A stretch of DNA of 64,000 bases from Escherichia coli (GCF_003334335.1 NZ_QOWQ01000005.1), one strand, 5' to 3'. Numbered from the stretch's first letter, positions 10,645-26,185 are shown. Notes: generated by a model not told the origin, from the sequence alone. Made by a program: numbers and translations.

Positions 10645-12141
10645 ATGGCTCACCCTCATTTATTAGCGGAAAGAATTTCCCGCCTGAGCAGTTCGTTGGA
10701 AAAGGGGCTTTATGAACGTAGCCACGCCATCCGCTTGTGTTTATTAGCGGCATTAAGTGGTGAAAGTGTGTTCCTCCTTGGCCCGCCAGGTATTGCCAAA
10801 AGTTTGATCGCCCGGCGCTTAAAATTCGCCTTTCAGAATGCCCGCGCGTTTGAATATCTGATGACCCGCTTCTCCACGCCGGAAGAAGTTTTTGGTCCCC
10901 TTTCTATTCAGGCGCTAAAAGATGAAGGGCGCTATGAACGTTTAACCAGCGGTTACCTGCCGGAAGCAGAAATTGTCTTTCTGGATGAGATCTGGAAAGC
11001 GGGCCCGGCAATTCTTAATACCTTGCTCACCGCCATTAACGAGCGCCAGTTCCGCAACGGTGCACACGTAGAAAAAATCCCGATGCGTCTGCTGGTGGCG
11101 GCCTCCAACGAGCTGCCGGAAGCAGACAGCAGTCTGGAAGCGTTATATGACCGCATGCTGATTCGTCTGTGGTTAGATAAAGTGCAGGATAAAGCGAATT
11201 TCCGCTCCATGCTGACCAGTCAACAGGATGAAAACGACAATCCGGTTCCTGATGCCTTGCAGGTCACAGATGAAGAATATGAACGCTGGCAGAAAGAGAT
11301 TGGTGAAATTACGCTGCCCGATCATGTATTTGAGCTGATTTTTATGCTGCGCCAGCAACTGGATAAATTACCGGATGCGCCTTATGTCTCGGATCGTCGC
11401 TGGAAAAAAGCGATCCGATTATTGCAGGCCAGCGCCTTTTTTAGCGGTCGCAGTGCTGTTGCCCCGGTAGATCTCATTTTGCTGAAAGATTGCCTGTGGT
11501 ATGACGCGCAAAGCCTGAATTTGATACAACAACAAATTGATGTATTGATGACCGGTCACGCCTGGCAACAGCAAGGGATGTTGACTCGCCTTGGCGCGAT
11601 TGTGCAACGTCACCTGCAACTCCAGCAGCAACAAAGCGATAAAACAGCCTTAACGGTAATTCGTCTGGGCGGCATTTTCAGTCGTCGTCAGCAGTATCAA
11701 CTTCCTGTTAACGTTACTGCTTCCACTCTGACTCTACTGCTGCAAAAACCGTTAAAACTGCATGATATGGAAGTGGTTCATATCTCCTTTGAGCGTAGCG
11801 CGCTGGAACAGTGGCTGAGCAAAGGTGGTGAAATTCGCGGTAAACTGAACGGTATCGGCTTTGCCCAGAAACTGAATCTGGAAGTTGATAGCGCCCAACA
11901 TCTTGTCGTTCGCGATGTAAGTTTACAAGGCAGTACGCTGGCACTTCCCGGTTCATCGGCTGAAGGTCTGCCTGGTGAAATAAAACAACAACTGGAAGAG
12001 CTTGAAAGCGACTGGCGCAAGCAACACGCTTTATTCAGCGAACAGCAAAAATGTCTGTTTATCCCTGGCGACTGGTTAGGTCGCATTGAAGCCAGCCTAC
12101 AGGATGTCGGTGCACAGATTCGCCAGGCACAACAATGCTAA
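10645..12141 (+). CDS. ravA: MoxR-family AAA+ ATPase RavA
   Basis: ORF track 10621..12141 uses an upstream TTG; the conserved start is ATG at 10645 ([14 protein letters not shown]), 498 aa; Walker A motif GPPGIAKS. Confidence 0.93.
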   Translation: MAHPHLLAERISRLSSSLEKGLYERSHAIRLCLLAALSGESVFLLGPPGIAKSLIARRLKFAFQNARAFEYLMTRFSTPEEVFGPLSIQALKDEGRYERLTSGYLPEAEIVFLDEIWKAGPAILNTLLTAINERQFRNGAHVEKIPMRLLVAASNELPEADSSLEALYDRMLIRLWLDKVQDKANFRSMLTSQQDENDNPVPDALQVTDEEYERWQKEIGEITLPDHVFELIFMLRQQLDKLPDAPYVSDRRWKKAIRLLQASAFFSGRSAVAPVDLILLKDCLWYDAQSLNLIQQQIDVLMTGHAWQQQGMLTRLGAIVQRHLQLQQQQSDKTALTVIRLGGIFSRRQQYQLPVNVTASTLTLLLQKPLKLHDMEVVHISFERSALEQWLSKGGEIRGKLNGIGFAQKLNLEVDSAQHLVVRDVSLQGSTLALPGSSAEGLPGEIKQQLEELESDWRKQHALFSEQQKCLFIPGDWLGRIEASLQDVGAQIRQAQQC

Positions 12142-13586
12142 CGCTGGATACGCTTAATGTGATGCTGGCCGTCAGCGAAGAGGGATTGATCGAAGAGATG
12201 ATCATCGCACTGCTGGCCTCACCGCAGCTGGCGGTCTTCTTTGAAAAATTCCCACGCCTGAAGGCGGCAATCACTGATGATGTTCCCCGCTGGCGTGAAG
12301 CGCTGCGCAGTCGGCTGAAAGATGCCCGAGTCCCGCCGGAACTCACCGAAGAGGTGATGTGCTATCAGCAAAGCCAGCTCCTCTCCACGCCACAGTTTAT
12401 TGTGCAGCTACCACAGATCCTGGACTTACTGCATCGTCTGAATTCTCCATGGGCAGAACAAGCCCGACAGTTGGTTGATGCTAACAGCACGATCACTTCA
12501 GCGTTACACACGCTTTTTCTCCAGCGTTGGCGTTTAAGTCTGATCGTGCAAGCAACGACGTTAAATCAACAGCTATTAGAAGAAGAACGCGAACAACTGT
12601 TGAGTGAAGTTCAGGAACGCATGACGCTGAGCGGACAACTTGAACCGATTCTCGCAGATAACAATACTGCAGCTGGTCGTCTGTGGGATATGAGCGCCGG
12701 TCAGCTTAAACGTGGCGACTATCAGTTGATTGTGAAATACGGTGAATTTCTTAACGAACATCCGGAACTGAAACGCCTGGCAGAGCAGCTGGGGCGTTCT
12801 CGGGAAGCCAAATCAATACCGCGCAACGATGCGCAGATGGAAACCTTCCGCACCATGGTGCGCGAACCGGCGACGGTTCCTGAGCAGGTTGATGGTCTGC
12901 AACAAAGCGATGATATTTTACGTCTCCTGCCGCCAGAACTGGCGACACTAGGGATAACGGAACTGGAGTATGAGTTTTACCGTCGGCTGGTGGAAAAACA
13001 GTTGCTCACCTATCGCCTGCACGGTGAGTCGTGGCGTGAAAAAGTGATCGAACGTCCGGTGGTACATAAAGATTACGATGAACAGCCGCGCGGGCCGTTT
13101 ATTGTCTGTGTGGATACTTCCGGCTCAATGGGCGGCTTTAATGAACAGTGTGCGAAAGCGTTCTGCCTGGCCTTGATGCGCATTGCTCTCGCAGAAAACC
13201 GGCGCTGCTATATTATGCTATTTTCCACCGAGATCGTCCGTTATGAGCTTTCAGGCCCACAAGGCATCGAACAAGCAATCCGTTTTTTAAGCCAGCAGTT
13301 TCGTGGCGGCACCGATCTTGCCAGTTGTTTTCGCGCCATTATGGAACGCTTGCAAAGCAGGGAATGGTTTGATGCCGATGCGGTGGTGATTTCTGATTTT
13401 ATCGCTCAGCGGTTGCCTGACGACGTGACGAGTAAAGTGAAAGAGCTGCAGCGGGTACATCAGCATCGCTTTCATGCCGTGGCGATGTCGGCACACGGCA
13501 AACCCGGCATCATGCGCATTTTCGATCATATCTGGCGCTTTGATACCGGGATGCGAAGCCGCCTGCTCAGACGCTGGCGGCGATAA
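12135..13586 (+). CDS. viaA: VWA-domain protein ViaA (RavA partner)
   Basis: ORF track 12135..13586, 483 aa; the start overlaps the ravA stop by 7 nt. Confidence 0.93.
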   Translation: MLTLDTLNVMLAVSEEGLIEEMIIALLASPQLAVFFEKFPRLKAAITDDVPRWREALRSRLKDARVPPELTEEVMCYQQSQLLSTPQFIVQLPQILDLLHRLNSPWAEQARQLVDANSTITSALHTLFLQRWRLSLIVQATTLNQQLLEEEREQLLSEVQERMTLSGQLEPILADNNTAAGRLWDMSAGQLKRGDYQLIVKYGEFLNEHPELKRLAEQLGRSREAKSIPRNDAQMETFRTMVREPATVPEQVDGLQQSDDILRLLPPELATLGITELEYEFYRRLVEKQLLTYRLHGESWREKVIERPVVHKDYDEQPRGPFIVCVDTSGSMGGFNEQCAKAFCLALMRIALAENRRCYIMLFSTEIVRYELSGPQGIEQAIRFLSQQFRGGTDLASCFRAIMERLQSREWFDADAVVISDFIAQRLPDDVTSKVKELQRVHQHRFHAVAMSAHGKPGIMRIFDHIWRFDTGMRSRLLRRWRR

Positions 13587-13590
13587 ATTA

Positions 13591-14583
13591 TTACAGCAGA
13601 GAAGGGACGCTCTCGCGAACAGCAGCTGGCCATACTCCACACTGAACCTGGCCGATATGCGGCAGTTGCAGCAGCAGCATAGTCAAACGAGACTGGCCGA
13701 TACCGCCGCCGATGGTCTGCGGCATTTCACCGCGCAGCAGCGCCTGATGCCACTCCAGCTCCAGGCGATCTTCGTCACCGGTCAGCGCCAGTTGATGCTT
13801 CAGCGTGTCGGCATCTACACGGATCCCCATGGAGGAAAGCTCAAACGCATCTTCCAGTACCGGGTTCCACACCAGAATATCGCCGTTCAGACCCGCATGG
13901 CCCAGCTCTGACGGGGTGCTCCAGTCATCATAATCCGGTGCGCGCACGTCGTGGCGATGACCATCGCTCAGCTTGCCGCCAATCCCGACAAGGAATACCG
14001 CGCCAAGATCTTTCGCTATCGCCCGCTCACGCCCTTTGGCATCAAGATCCGGATAACGAGACAGTAACTCCTGGCTGTGTACGAAGTGGATCTGATCCGG
14101 CAGGAACGGTGCCAGGCCAAACTCTTCGCTAACCGCAGCTTCGGTTGCTTTAATTCCCGCCCAGATCGCCTCTACCGTGCTTTTCAGAGTCGAGAATTGA
14201 CGCTCACCGTCGCCCATTACGCGTTCCCAGTCCCACTGGTCAACATAGACCGAGTGCAACGGAGAAAGACGGTCTTCATCGGGGCGAAGGGCTTTCATGT
14301 GCGTGTACAGCCCTTCGCCCGCGCTGAAGTCGTGTTGCCCTAAGGTCTGACGTTTCCACTTCGCCAGTGAATGAACCACTTCGAACTGGGCATCAGGCAG
14401 AGCTTTCACTTTTACCTGCACCGCTTTTTCACAGCCCGACAAGTTATCCTGCGTGCCATCCCCCACACGGCTAAGAATCGGCGCCTGGACTTCGATCAGC
14501 CCCAGACGTTCTTCCAGTTGACGAGAAAAGTGAGATTTCACGAAGCTAATTTGACGTTGTTTGGCAATGTAAGCGGTTTTCAT
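13591..14583 (-). CDS. asnA: aspartate-ammonia ligase (asparagine synthetase A)
   Basis: ORF track 13591..14583, 330 aa, N-terminus [38 protein letters not shown]. Confidence 0.96.
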
Positions 14584-14734
14584 TTTTTATACTCCTGCGT
14601 CCTGTTGCTTATGATTAAGCAACAAAAACCGACACACATGCAATAATCATTCAATAAAAAGCCTAACTCACTTTTGATTCATTAAAAAAGAAGGCTAAAA
14701 TAGAATGAATCATCAATCCGCATAAGAAAATCCT

Positions 14735-15193
14735 ATGGAAAATTATCTGATCGACAATCTGGACCGTGGCATCCTGGAAGCATTAATGGGCAATGCGCGC
14801 ACCGCTTACGCCGAACTGGCGAAACAATTTGGCGTCAGTCCGGGGACGATTCACGTTCGAGTAGAGAAAATGAAGCAGGCGGGGATCATTACCGGGGCGC
14901 GTATTGATGTCAGCCCGAAGCAGCTCGGTTATGACGTAGGCTGCTTTATCGGCATTATATTAAAGAGCGCCAAAGACTACCCTTCCGCGCTGGCAAAGCT
15001 GGAAAGCCTTGATGAAGTCACTGAAGCCTATTACACAACCGGCCACTACAGCATCTTTATAAAAGTGATGTGCCGTTCGATCGACGCTCTCCAGCATGTA
15101 CTTATCAACAAGATCCAAACAATTGATGAAATTCAGTCCACCGAGACATTGATCGTCCTGCAAAACCCGATCATGCGTACCATCAAGCCCTGA
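14735..15193 (+). CDS. asnC: Lrp/AsnC-family transcriptional regulator AsnC
   Basis: ORF track 14735..15193, 152 aa; divergent from asnA. Confidence 0.96.
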   Translation: MENYLIDNLDRGILEALMGNARTAYAELAKQFGVSPGTIHVRVEKMKQAGIITGARIDVSPKQLGYDVGCFIGIILKSAKDYPSALAKLESLDEVTEAYYTTGHYSIFIKVMCRSIDALQHVLINKIQTIDEIQSTETLIVLQNPIMRTIKP

Positions 15194-15215
15194 TCGGCTT
15201 TTTTAATCCCATACT

Positions 15216-15224
15216 TTTCCACAG
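15216..15224 (+). promoter_or_regulatory. DnaA-box-like 9-mer (TTTTCCACA) in the mioC promoter region
   Basis: 9-mer with one mismatch to TTATCCACA, located between asnC and mioC; mioC transcription is known to be DnaA-regulated. Confidence 0.55.
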
Positions 15225-15282
15225 GTAGATCCCAACGCGTTCACAGCGTACAATACGCCACTCTTAATAAAGGTGGCGGTTT

Positions 15283-15726
15283 ATGGCAGATATCACTCTT
15301 ATCAGCGGCAGCACCCTCGGCGGTGCCGAATATGTAGCAGAACACCTGGCTGAAAAGCTGGAAGAGGCGGGTTTTACCACCGAAACGCTGCACGGTCCGC
15401 TGTTAGAAGATTTACCTGCCTCAGGGATCTGGCTGGTTATCAGCTCCACCCACGGTGCCGGAGATATTCCGGACAACCTTTCTCCTTTCTATGAAGCATT
15501 GCAGGAACAGAAGCCCGATCTTTCTGCAGTCCGCTTTGGCGCAATCGGTATTGGCAGTCGTGAATATGACACCTTTTGTGGGGCTATCGATAAACTCGAG
15601 GCAGAACTCAAAAATTCCGGTGCAAAACAGACAGGCGAAACACTGAAGATCAACATTCTTGATCACGACATTCCGGAAGATCCGGCAGAAGAATGGCTGG
15701 GATCGTGGGTTAATTTACTCAAATAA
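15283..15726 (+). CDS. mioC: FMN-binding flavodoxin-like protein MioC
   Basis: ORF track 15283..15726, 147 aa, N-terminus MADITLISGSTLGGAEYVAEHLAEKL. Confidence 0.96.
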   Translation: MADITLISGSTLGGAEYVAEHLAEKLEEAGFTTETLHGPLLEDLPASGIWLVISSTHGAGDIPDNLSPFYEALQEQKPDLSAVRFGAIGIGSREYDTFCGAIDKLEAELKNSGAKQTGETLKINILDHDIPEDPAEEWLGSWVNLLK

Positions 15727-15748
15727 GTATACAGATCGTGCGATCTAC

Positions 15749-15757
15749 TGTGGATAA
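15749..15757 (-). promoter_or_regulatory. DnaA box R4 (TTATCCACA)
   Basis: Exact consensus 9-mer on the minus strand at the mioC-proximal edge of oriC. Confidence 0.9.
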
Positions 15758-15787
15758 CTCTGTCAGGAAGCTTGGATCAACCGGTAG

Positions 15788-15796
15788 TTATCCAAA
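15788..15796 (+). promoter_or_regulatory. DnaA box R3 (TTATCCAAA)
   Basis: 9-mer read directly; position is consistent with R3. Confidence 0.8.
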
Positions 15797-15822
15797 GAAC
15801 AACTGTTGTTCAGTTTTTGAGT

Positions 15823-15831
15823 TGTGTATAA
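15823..15831 (-). promoter_or_regulatory. DnaA box R2 (TTATACACA)
   Basis: Plus strand reads tgtgtataa, the reverse complement of TTATACACA. Confidence 0.85.
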
Positions 15832-15873
15832 CCCCTCATTCTGATCCCAGCTTATACGATCCAGGATCACCGA

Positions 15874-15882
15874 TCATTCACA
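15874..15882 (+). promoter_or_regulatory. DnaA box R5M (TCATTCACA)
   Basis: 9-mer read directly, between R2 and R1. Confidence 0.8.
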
Positions 15883-15928
15883 GTTAATGATCCTTTCCAG
15901 GTTGTTGATCTTAAAAGCCGGATCCTTG

Positions 15929-15937
15929 TTATCCACA
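15929..15937 (+). promoter_or_regulatory. DnaA box R1 (TTATCCACA)
   Basis: Exact consensus 9-mer adjacent to the 13-mer region. Confidence 0.9.
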
Positions 15938-15950
15938 GGGCAGTGCGATC

Positions 15951-15994
15951 CTAATAAGAGATCACAATAGAACAGATCTCTAAATAAATAGATC
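15951..15994. repeat. DNA unwinding element: three tandem GATC-anchored A/T-rich 13-mers (R, M, L)
   Basis: Plus strand reads ctaataagagatc (15951-15963), aatagaacagatc (15966-15978) and aaataaatagatc (15982-15994); these are reverse complements of GATCTCTTATTAG, GATCTGTTCTATT and GATCTATTTATTT. Confidence 0.92.
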
Positions 15995-16104
15995 TTCTTT
16001 TTAATACCCAGGATCCCAGGTCTTTCTCAAGCCGACAAAGTTGAGTAGAATCCACGGCCCGGGCTTCAATCCATTTTCATACCGCGTTATGCGAGGCAAT
16101 CACC

Positions 16105-17994
16105 ATGTTTTATCCGGATCCTTTTGACGTCATCATCATTGGCGGGGGTCATGCAGGCACCGAGGCCGCGATGGCCGCGGCGCGTATGGGTCAACAGACT
16201 CTGCTTTTGACACACAATATCGACACTCTGGGGCAGATGAGCTGCAACCCGGCGATCGGCGGTATTGGGAAGGGACATCTGGTAAAAGAAGTGGATGCAC
16301 TCGGCGGTCTGATGGCGAAAGCGATCGATCAGGCGGGTATCCAGTTTAGGATACTAAACGCAAGCAAAGGACCGGCGGTTCGCGCTACCCGAGCTCAGGC
16401 GGATCGTGTGCTCTACCGTCAGGCGGTACGTACGGCGCTGGAGAACCAACCGAACCTGATGATCTTCCAGCAGGCGGTTGAAGATCTTATTGTCGAAAAC
16501 GATCGCGTGGTCGGTGCTGTTACCCAAATGGGACTGAAGTTCCGTGCCAAAGCCGTCGTGCTCACCGTTGGGACGTTCCTCGACGGTAAAATTCATATCG
16601 GTCTGGATAATTACAGCGGTGGCCGTGCTGGTGATCCGCCGTCCATTCCGCTTTCTCGCCGTTTGCGTGAACTGCCGCTGCGCGTTGGTCGTCTGAAAAC
16701 CGGGACACCACCGCGTATTGATGCTCGAACCATCGACTTTAGCGTACTGGCGCAACAGCATGGCGATAACCCAATGCCGGTATTCTCGTTTATGGGCAAT
16801 GCGTCCCAGCATCCCCAGCAGGTGCCGTGTTATATCACTCATACCAACGAGAAAACCCATGATGTGATCCGCAGTAACCTCGATCGTAGCCCAATGTACG
16901 CAGGGGTGATCGAAGGTGTCGGCCCACGCTACTGCCCGTCGATCGAAGACAAAGTCATGCGCTTCGCCGACAGAAATCAGCATCAGATCTTCCTTGAACC
17001 GGAAGGACTGACCTCTAATGAAATTTATCCGAACGGTATCTCCACCAGCCTGCCGTTCGATGTGCAGATGCAAATCGTCCGCTCTATGCAGGGGATGGAA
17101 AACGCGAAGATCGTGCGTCCGGGTTATGCCATTGAGTATGACTTCTTCGATCCTCGCGACCTGAAACCGACGCTGGAGAGCAAGTTTATCCAGGGGCTGT
17201 TCTTTGCTGGTCAGATTAACGGCACTACCGGTTACGAAGAAGCCGCTGCGCAAGGTTTGCTGGCCGGTCTTAACGCTGCCCGTCTGTCTGCTGACAAAGA
17301 AGGTTGGGCTCCGGCACGTTCTCAGGCGTATCTCGGCGTACTAGTTGATGACCTGTGCACTTTAGGAACCAAAGAACCGTATCGTATGTTTACTTCGCGC
17401 GCAGAATATCGTCTGATGCTACGCGAAGATAATGCGGATCTGCGTTTGACTGAAATCGGTCGTGAACTGGGCCTGGTGGATGACGAACGTTGGGCGCGCT
17501 TTAACGAGAAACTTGAGAATATCGAGCGTGAGCGTCAGCGTCTGAAATCGACCTGGGTAACCCCGTCGGCGGAAGCTGCAGCCGAAGTGAATGCTCACCT
17601 GACTGCGCCGCTTTCCCGTGAAGCCAGTGGTGAAGATCTGCTGCGTCGTCCGGAAATGACTTATGAAAAATTAACCACGCTGACGCCGTTTGCCCCTGCG
17701 TTGACAGACGAACAGGCGGCGGAACAGGTTGAGATTCAGGTTAAATACGAAGGTTATATCGCGCGCCAGCAAGATGAGATCGAAAAGCAGCTGCGTAACG
17801 AGAACACCCTGCTACCCGCGACACTGGATTACCGCCAGGTATCCGGTCTTTCTAACGAAGTGATCGCCAAACTTAACGATCACAAACCAGCCTCTATCGG
17901 CCAAGCTTCGCGTATTTCTGGCGTCACGCCTGCGGCCATCTCCATTCTGCTGGTGTGGCTGAAAAAACAGGGTATGCTGCGTCGTAGCGCATAA
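16105..17994 (+). CDS. mnmG: tRNA uridine 5-carboxymethylaminomethyl modification enzyme MnmG (GidA)
   Basis: ORF track 16105..17994, 629 aa; N-terminal FAD-binding motif [13 protein letters not shown]. Confidence 0.97.
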
Positions 17995-18057
17995 CGCATT
18001 AAAAATGCCTGGTAAGCACCCGCTTACCAGGCAACGCATCAAGAACAGGTAATCACC

Positions 18058-18681
18058 GTGCTCAACAAACTCTCCTTACTGCTGAAAGACGCAGGTATTT
18101 CGCTTACCGATCACCAGAAAAACCAGCTTATTGCCTACGTGAATATGCTGCATAAATGGAACAAAGCGTACAACCTGACTTCGGTCCGCGATCCTAATGA
18201 GATGCTGGTACGCCATATTCTCGATAGCATTGTGGTGGCACCGTATCTGCAAGGTGAACGGTTTATCGATGTCGGCACCGGACCAGGACTGCCAGGCATT
18301 CCACTCTCTATCGTGCGTCCTGAAGCCCATTTCACTCTGTTGGATAGCCTTGGTAAACGCGTGCGTTTCCTTCGTCAGGTGCAACATGAGCTTAAACTGG
18401 AGAATATTGAACCAGTACAGAGCAGGGTAGAAGAGTTTCCTTCAGAGCCGCCATTTGATGGCGTAATTAGCCGCGCTTTTGCCTCTCTGAACGATATGGT
18501 GAGCTGGTGCCACCATCTTCCTGGTGAGCAAGGCCGTTTCTACGCGCTGAAAGGGCAAATGCCGGAAGATGAAATCGCTTTGTTGCCCGAAGAATATCAG
18601 GTCGAATCAGTGGTTAAACTTCAGGTTCCAGCCCTGGATGGCGAACGTCATCTGGTGGTGATTAAAGCAAATAAAATTTAA
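18058..18681 (+). CDS. rsmG: 16S rRNA m7G527 methyltransferase RsmG (GidB)
   Basis: ORF track 18058..18681, 207 aa, GTG start (gtg ctc aac aaa), N-terminus [20 protein letters not shown]. Confidence 0.95.
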
Positions 18682-18768
18682 TTTTTATCAAAAAAATCAT
18701 AAAAAATTGACCGGTTAGACTGTTAACAACAACCAGGTTTTCTACTGATATAACTGGTTACATTTAAC

Positions 18769-18813
18769 GCCACGTTCACTCTTTTGCATCAACAAGATAA
18801 CGTGGCTTTTTTT
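18769..18813 (+). terminator. putative intrinsic terminator downstream of rsmG
   Basis: Inverted repeat gccacgtt...aacgtggc followed by a run of seven T. Confidence 0.6.
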
Positions 18814-19178
18814 GGTAAGCAGAAAATAAGTCATTAGTGAAAATATCAGTCTGCTAAAAATCGGCGCTAAGAACCATCATTGGCTGTTAAAACATTATTA
18901 AAAATGTCAATGGGTGGTTTTTGTTGTGTAAATGTCATTTATTAAAACAGTATCTGTTTTTAGACTGAAATATCATAAACTTGCAAAGGCATCATTTGCC
19001 AAGTAAATAAATATGCTGTGCGCGAACATGCGCAATATGTGATCTGAAGCACGCTTTATCACCAGTGTTTACGCGTTATTTACAGTTTTTCATGATCGAA
19101 CAGGGTTAGCAGAAAAGTCGCAATTGTATGCACTGGAAAAATATTTAAACATTTATTCACCTTTTGGCTACTTATTGT

Positions 19179-19206
19179 TTGAAATCACGGGGGCGCACCG
19201 TATAAT
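19179..19206 (+). promoter_or_regulatory. atp operon promoter (-35 TTGAAA, 16-bp spacer, -10 TATAAT)
   Basis: ttgaaatcacgggggcgcaccgtataat read directly, about 90 bp upstream of the atpI start. Confidence 0.75.
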
Positions 19207-19297
19207 TTGACCGCTTTTTGATGCTTGACTCTAAGCCTTAAAGAAAGTTTTATACGACACGCGGCATACCTCGAAGGGAGCAGGAGTGAAAAACGTG

Positions 19298-20502
<1,205 letters not shown>

Positions 20503-20530
20503 TTTACCAACACTACTACGTTTTAACTGA

Positions 20531-20805
<275 letters not shown>

Positions 20806-20849
20806 TAAAGAGCAATATCAGATCGTTAACTAAATAGAGGCATTGTGCT

Positions 20850-21320
20850 GTGAATCTTAACGCAACAATCCTCGGCCAGGCCATCGCGTTTGTCCTGTTC
20901 GTTCTGTTCTGCATGAAGTACGTATGGCCGCCATTAATGGCAGCCATCGAAAAACGTCAAAAAGAAATTGCTGACGGCCTTGCTTCCGCAGAACGAGCAC
21001 ATAAGGACCTTGACCTTGCAAAGGCCAGCGCGACCGACCAGCTGAAAAAAGCGAAAGCGGAAGCCCAGGTAATCATCGAGCAGGCGAACAAACGCCGCTC
21101 GCAGATTCTGGACGAAGCGAAAGCTGAGGCAGAACAGGAACGTACTAAAATCGTGGCCCAGGCGCAGGCGGAAATTGAAGCCGAGCGTAAACGTGCCCGT
21201 GAAGAGCTGCGTAAGCAAGTTGCTATCCTGGCTGTTGCTGGCGCCGAGAAGATCATCGAACGTTCCGTGGATGAAGCTGCTAACAGCGACATCGTGGATA
21301 AACTTGTCGCTGAACTGTAA
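20850..21320 (+). CDS. atpF: F0F1 ATP synthase subunit b
   Basis: ORF track 20850..21320, 156 aa, GTG start, [29 protein letters not shown]. Confidence 0.97.
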
Positions 21321-21334
21321 GGAGGGAGGGGCTG

Positions 21335-21868
21335 ATGTCTGAATTTATTACGGTAGCTCGCCCCTACGCCAAAGCAGCTTTTGACTTTGCCGTCGAACAC
21401 CAAAGTGTAGAACGCTGGCAGGACATGCTGGCGTTTGCCGCCGAGGTAACCAAAAACGAACAAATGGCAGAGCTTCTCTCTGGCGCGCTTGCGCCAGAAA
21501 CGCTCGCCGAGTCGTTTATCGCAGTTTGTGGTGAGCAACTGGACGAAAACGGTCAGAACCTGATTCGGGTTATGGCTGAAAATGGTCGTCTTAACGCGCT
21601 CCCGGATGTTCTGGAGCAGTTTATTCACCTGCGTGCCGTGAGTGAGGCTACCGCTGAGGTAGACGTCATTTCCGCTGCCGCACTGAGTGAACAACAGCTC
21701 GCGAAAATTTCTGCTGCGATGGAAAAACGTCTGTCACGCAAAGTTAAGCTGAATTGCAAAATCGATAAGTCTGTAATGGCAGGCGTTATCATCCGAGCGG
21801 GTGATATGGTCATTGATGGCAGCGTACGCGGTCGTCTTGAGCGCCTTGCAGACGTCTTGCAGTCTTAA
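21335..21868 (+). CDS. atpH: F0F1 ATP synthase subunit delta
   Basis: ORF track 21335..21868, 177 aa. Confidence 0.97.
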
Positions 21869-21880
21869 GGGGACTGGAGC

Positions 21881-23422
21881 ATGCAACTGAATTCCACCGA
21901 AATCAGCGAACTGATCAAGCAGCGCATTGCTCAGTTCAATGTTGTGAGTGAAGCTCACAACGAAGGTACTATTGTTTCTGTAAGTGACGGTGTTATCCGC
22001 ATTCACGGCCTGGCCGATTGTATGCAGGGTGAAATGATCTCCCTGCCGGGTAACCGTTACGCTATCGCACTGAACCTCGAGCGCGACTCTGTAGGTGCGG
22101 TTGTTATGGGTCCGTACGCTGACCTTGCCGAAGGCATGAAAGTTAAGTGTACTGGCCGTATCCTGGAAGTTCCGGTTGGCCGTGGCCTGCTGGGCCGTGT
22201 GGTTAACACTCTGGGTGCACCAATCGACGGTAAAGGTCCGCTGGATCACGACGGCTTCTCTGCTGTAGAAGCAATCGCTCCGGGCGTTATCGAACGTCAG
22301 TCCGTAGATCAGCCGGTACAGACCGGTTATAAAGCCGTTGACTCCATGATCCCAATCGGTCGTGGTCAGCGTGAATTGATCATCGGTGACCGTCAGACAG
22401 GTAAAACCGCACTGGCTATCGATGCCATCATCAACCAGCGCGATTCCGGTATCAAATGTATCTATGTCGCTATCGGCCAGAAAGCGTCCACCATTTCTAA
22501 CGTGGTACGTAAACTGGAAGAGCACGGCGCACTGGCTAACACCATCGTTGTGGTAGCAACCGCGTCTGAATCCGCTGCACTGCAATACCTGGCACCGTAT
22601 GCCGGTTGCGCAATGGGCGAATACTTCCGTGACCGCGGTGAAGATGCGCTGATCATTTACGATGACCTGTCTAAACAGGCTGTTGCTTACCGTCAGATCT
22701 CCCTGCTGCTCCGTCGTCCGCCAGGACGTGAAGCATTCCCGGGCGACGTTTTCTACCTCCACTCTCGTCTGCTGGAGCGTGCTGCACGTGTTAACGCCGA
22801 ATACGTTGAAGCCTTCACCAAAGGTGAAGTGAAAGGGAAAACCGGTTCTCTGACCGCACTGCCGATTATCGAAACTCAGGCGGGTGACGTTTCTGCGTTC
22901 GTTCCGACCAACGTAATCTCCATTACCGATGGTCAGATCTTCCTGGAAACCAACCTGTTCAACGCCGGTATTCGTCCTGCGGTTAACCCGGGTATTTCCG
23001 TATCCCGTGTTGGTGGTGCAGCACAGACCAAGATCATGAAAAAACTGTCCGGTGGTATCCGTACCGCTCTGGCACAGTATCGTGAACTGGCAGCGTTCTC
23101 TCAGTTTGCATCCGACCTTGACGATGCAACACGTAAGCAGCTTGACCACGGTCAGAAAGTGACCGAACTGCTGAAACAGAAACAGTATGCGCCGATGTCC
23201 GTTGCGCAGCAGTCTCTGGTTCTGTTCGCAGCAGAACGTGGTTACCTGGCGGATGTTGAACTGTCGAAAATTGGCAGCTTCGAAGCCGCTCTGCTGGCTT
23301 ACGTCGACCGTGATCACGCTCCGTTGATGCAAGAGATCAACCAGACCGGTGGCTACAACGACGAAATCGAAGGCAAGCTGAAAGGCATCCTCGATTCCTT
23401 CAAAGCAACCCAATCCTGGTAA
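21881..23422 (+). CDS. atpA: F0F1 ATP synthase subunit alpha
   Basis: ORF track 21881..23422, 513 aa; Walker A motif GDRQTGKTA. Confidence 0.98.
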
Positions 23423-23472
23423 CGTCTGGCGGCTTGCCTTAGGGCAGGCCGCAAGGCATTGAGGAGAAGCTC

Positions 23473-25745
<2,273 letters not shown>

Positions 25746-25765
25746 CGCCTTAATCGGAGGGTGAT

Positions 25766-26185
25766 ATGGCAATGACTTACCACCTGGACGTCGTCAGCGC
25801 AGAGCAACAAATGTTCTCTGGTCTGGTCGAGAAAATCCAGGTAACGGGTAGCGAAGGTGAACTGGGGATCTACCCTGGCCACGCACCGCTGCTCACCGCC
25901 ATTAAGCCTGGTATGATTCGCATCGTGAAACAGCACGGTCACGAAGAGTTTATCTATCTGTCTGGCGGCATTCTTGAAGTGCAGCCTGGCAACGTGACCG
26001 TTCTGGCCGACACCGCAATTCGCGGCCAGGATCTCGACGAAGCGCGAGCCATGGAAGCGAAACGTAAGGCTGAAGAGCACATTAGCAGCTCTCACGGCGA
26101 CGTAGATTACGCTCAGGCGTCTGCGGAACTGGCCAAAGCGATCGCGCAGCTGCGCGTTATCGAGTTGACCAAAAAAGCGATGTAA
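25766..26185 (+). CDS. atpC: F0F1 ATP synthase subunit epsilon
   Basis: ORF track 25766..26185, 139 aa, [19 protein letters not shown]. Confidence 0.97.

Larger units (their letters stand above)
15745..16010. other. oriC: chromosomal replication origin oriC (DnaA boxes R1-R4, R5M, 13-mer DNA unwinding element, dense GATC sites)
   Basis: Sequence between mioC and mnmG matches canonical E. coli oriC in reverse complement: tgtggataa at 15749, ttatccaaa at 15788, tgtgtataa at 15823, tcattcaca at 15874, ttatccaca at 15929, three GATC-anchored 13-mers at 15951-15994, about 14 GATC sites in 280 bp. Confidence 0.97.

Noticed and set aside
16354-17253. 299-aa minus-strand ORF antisense to mnmG
   Set aside because: Shadow ORF; mnmG is conserved and full length on the opposite strand.
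18682-19297. 616-bp rsmG-atpI spacer as a potential hidden small gene or sRNA
   Set aside because: A/T-rich with multiple stops in all frames and no ORF over 60 aa. It contains the recognisable atp promoter and the rsmG terminator, consistent with a known regulatory spacer.
20957-21694. 245-aa minus-strand ORF antisense to atpF/atpH
   Set aside because: Shadow ORF opposite conserved ATP synthase genes.
21734-23413. 559-aa ORF on the minus strand, fully antisense to atpA
   Set aside because: It lies entirely inside the highly expressed, codon-biased atpA gene. Rare sense codons whose complements are stops produce long antisense open frames. No RBS, no recognisable domain and a low-complexity translation. 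Shadow ORF.
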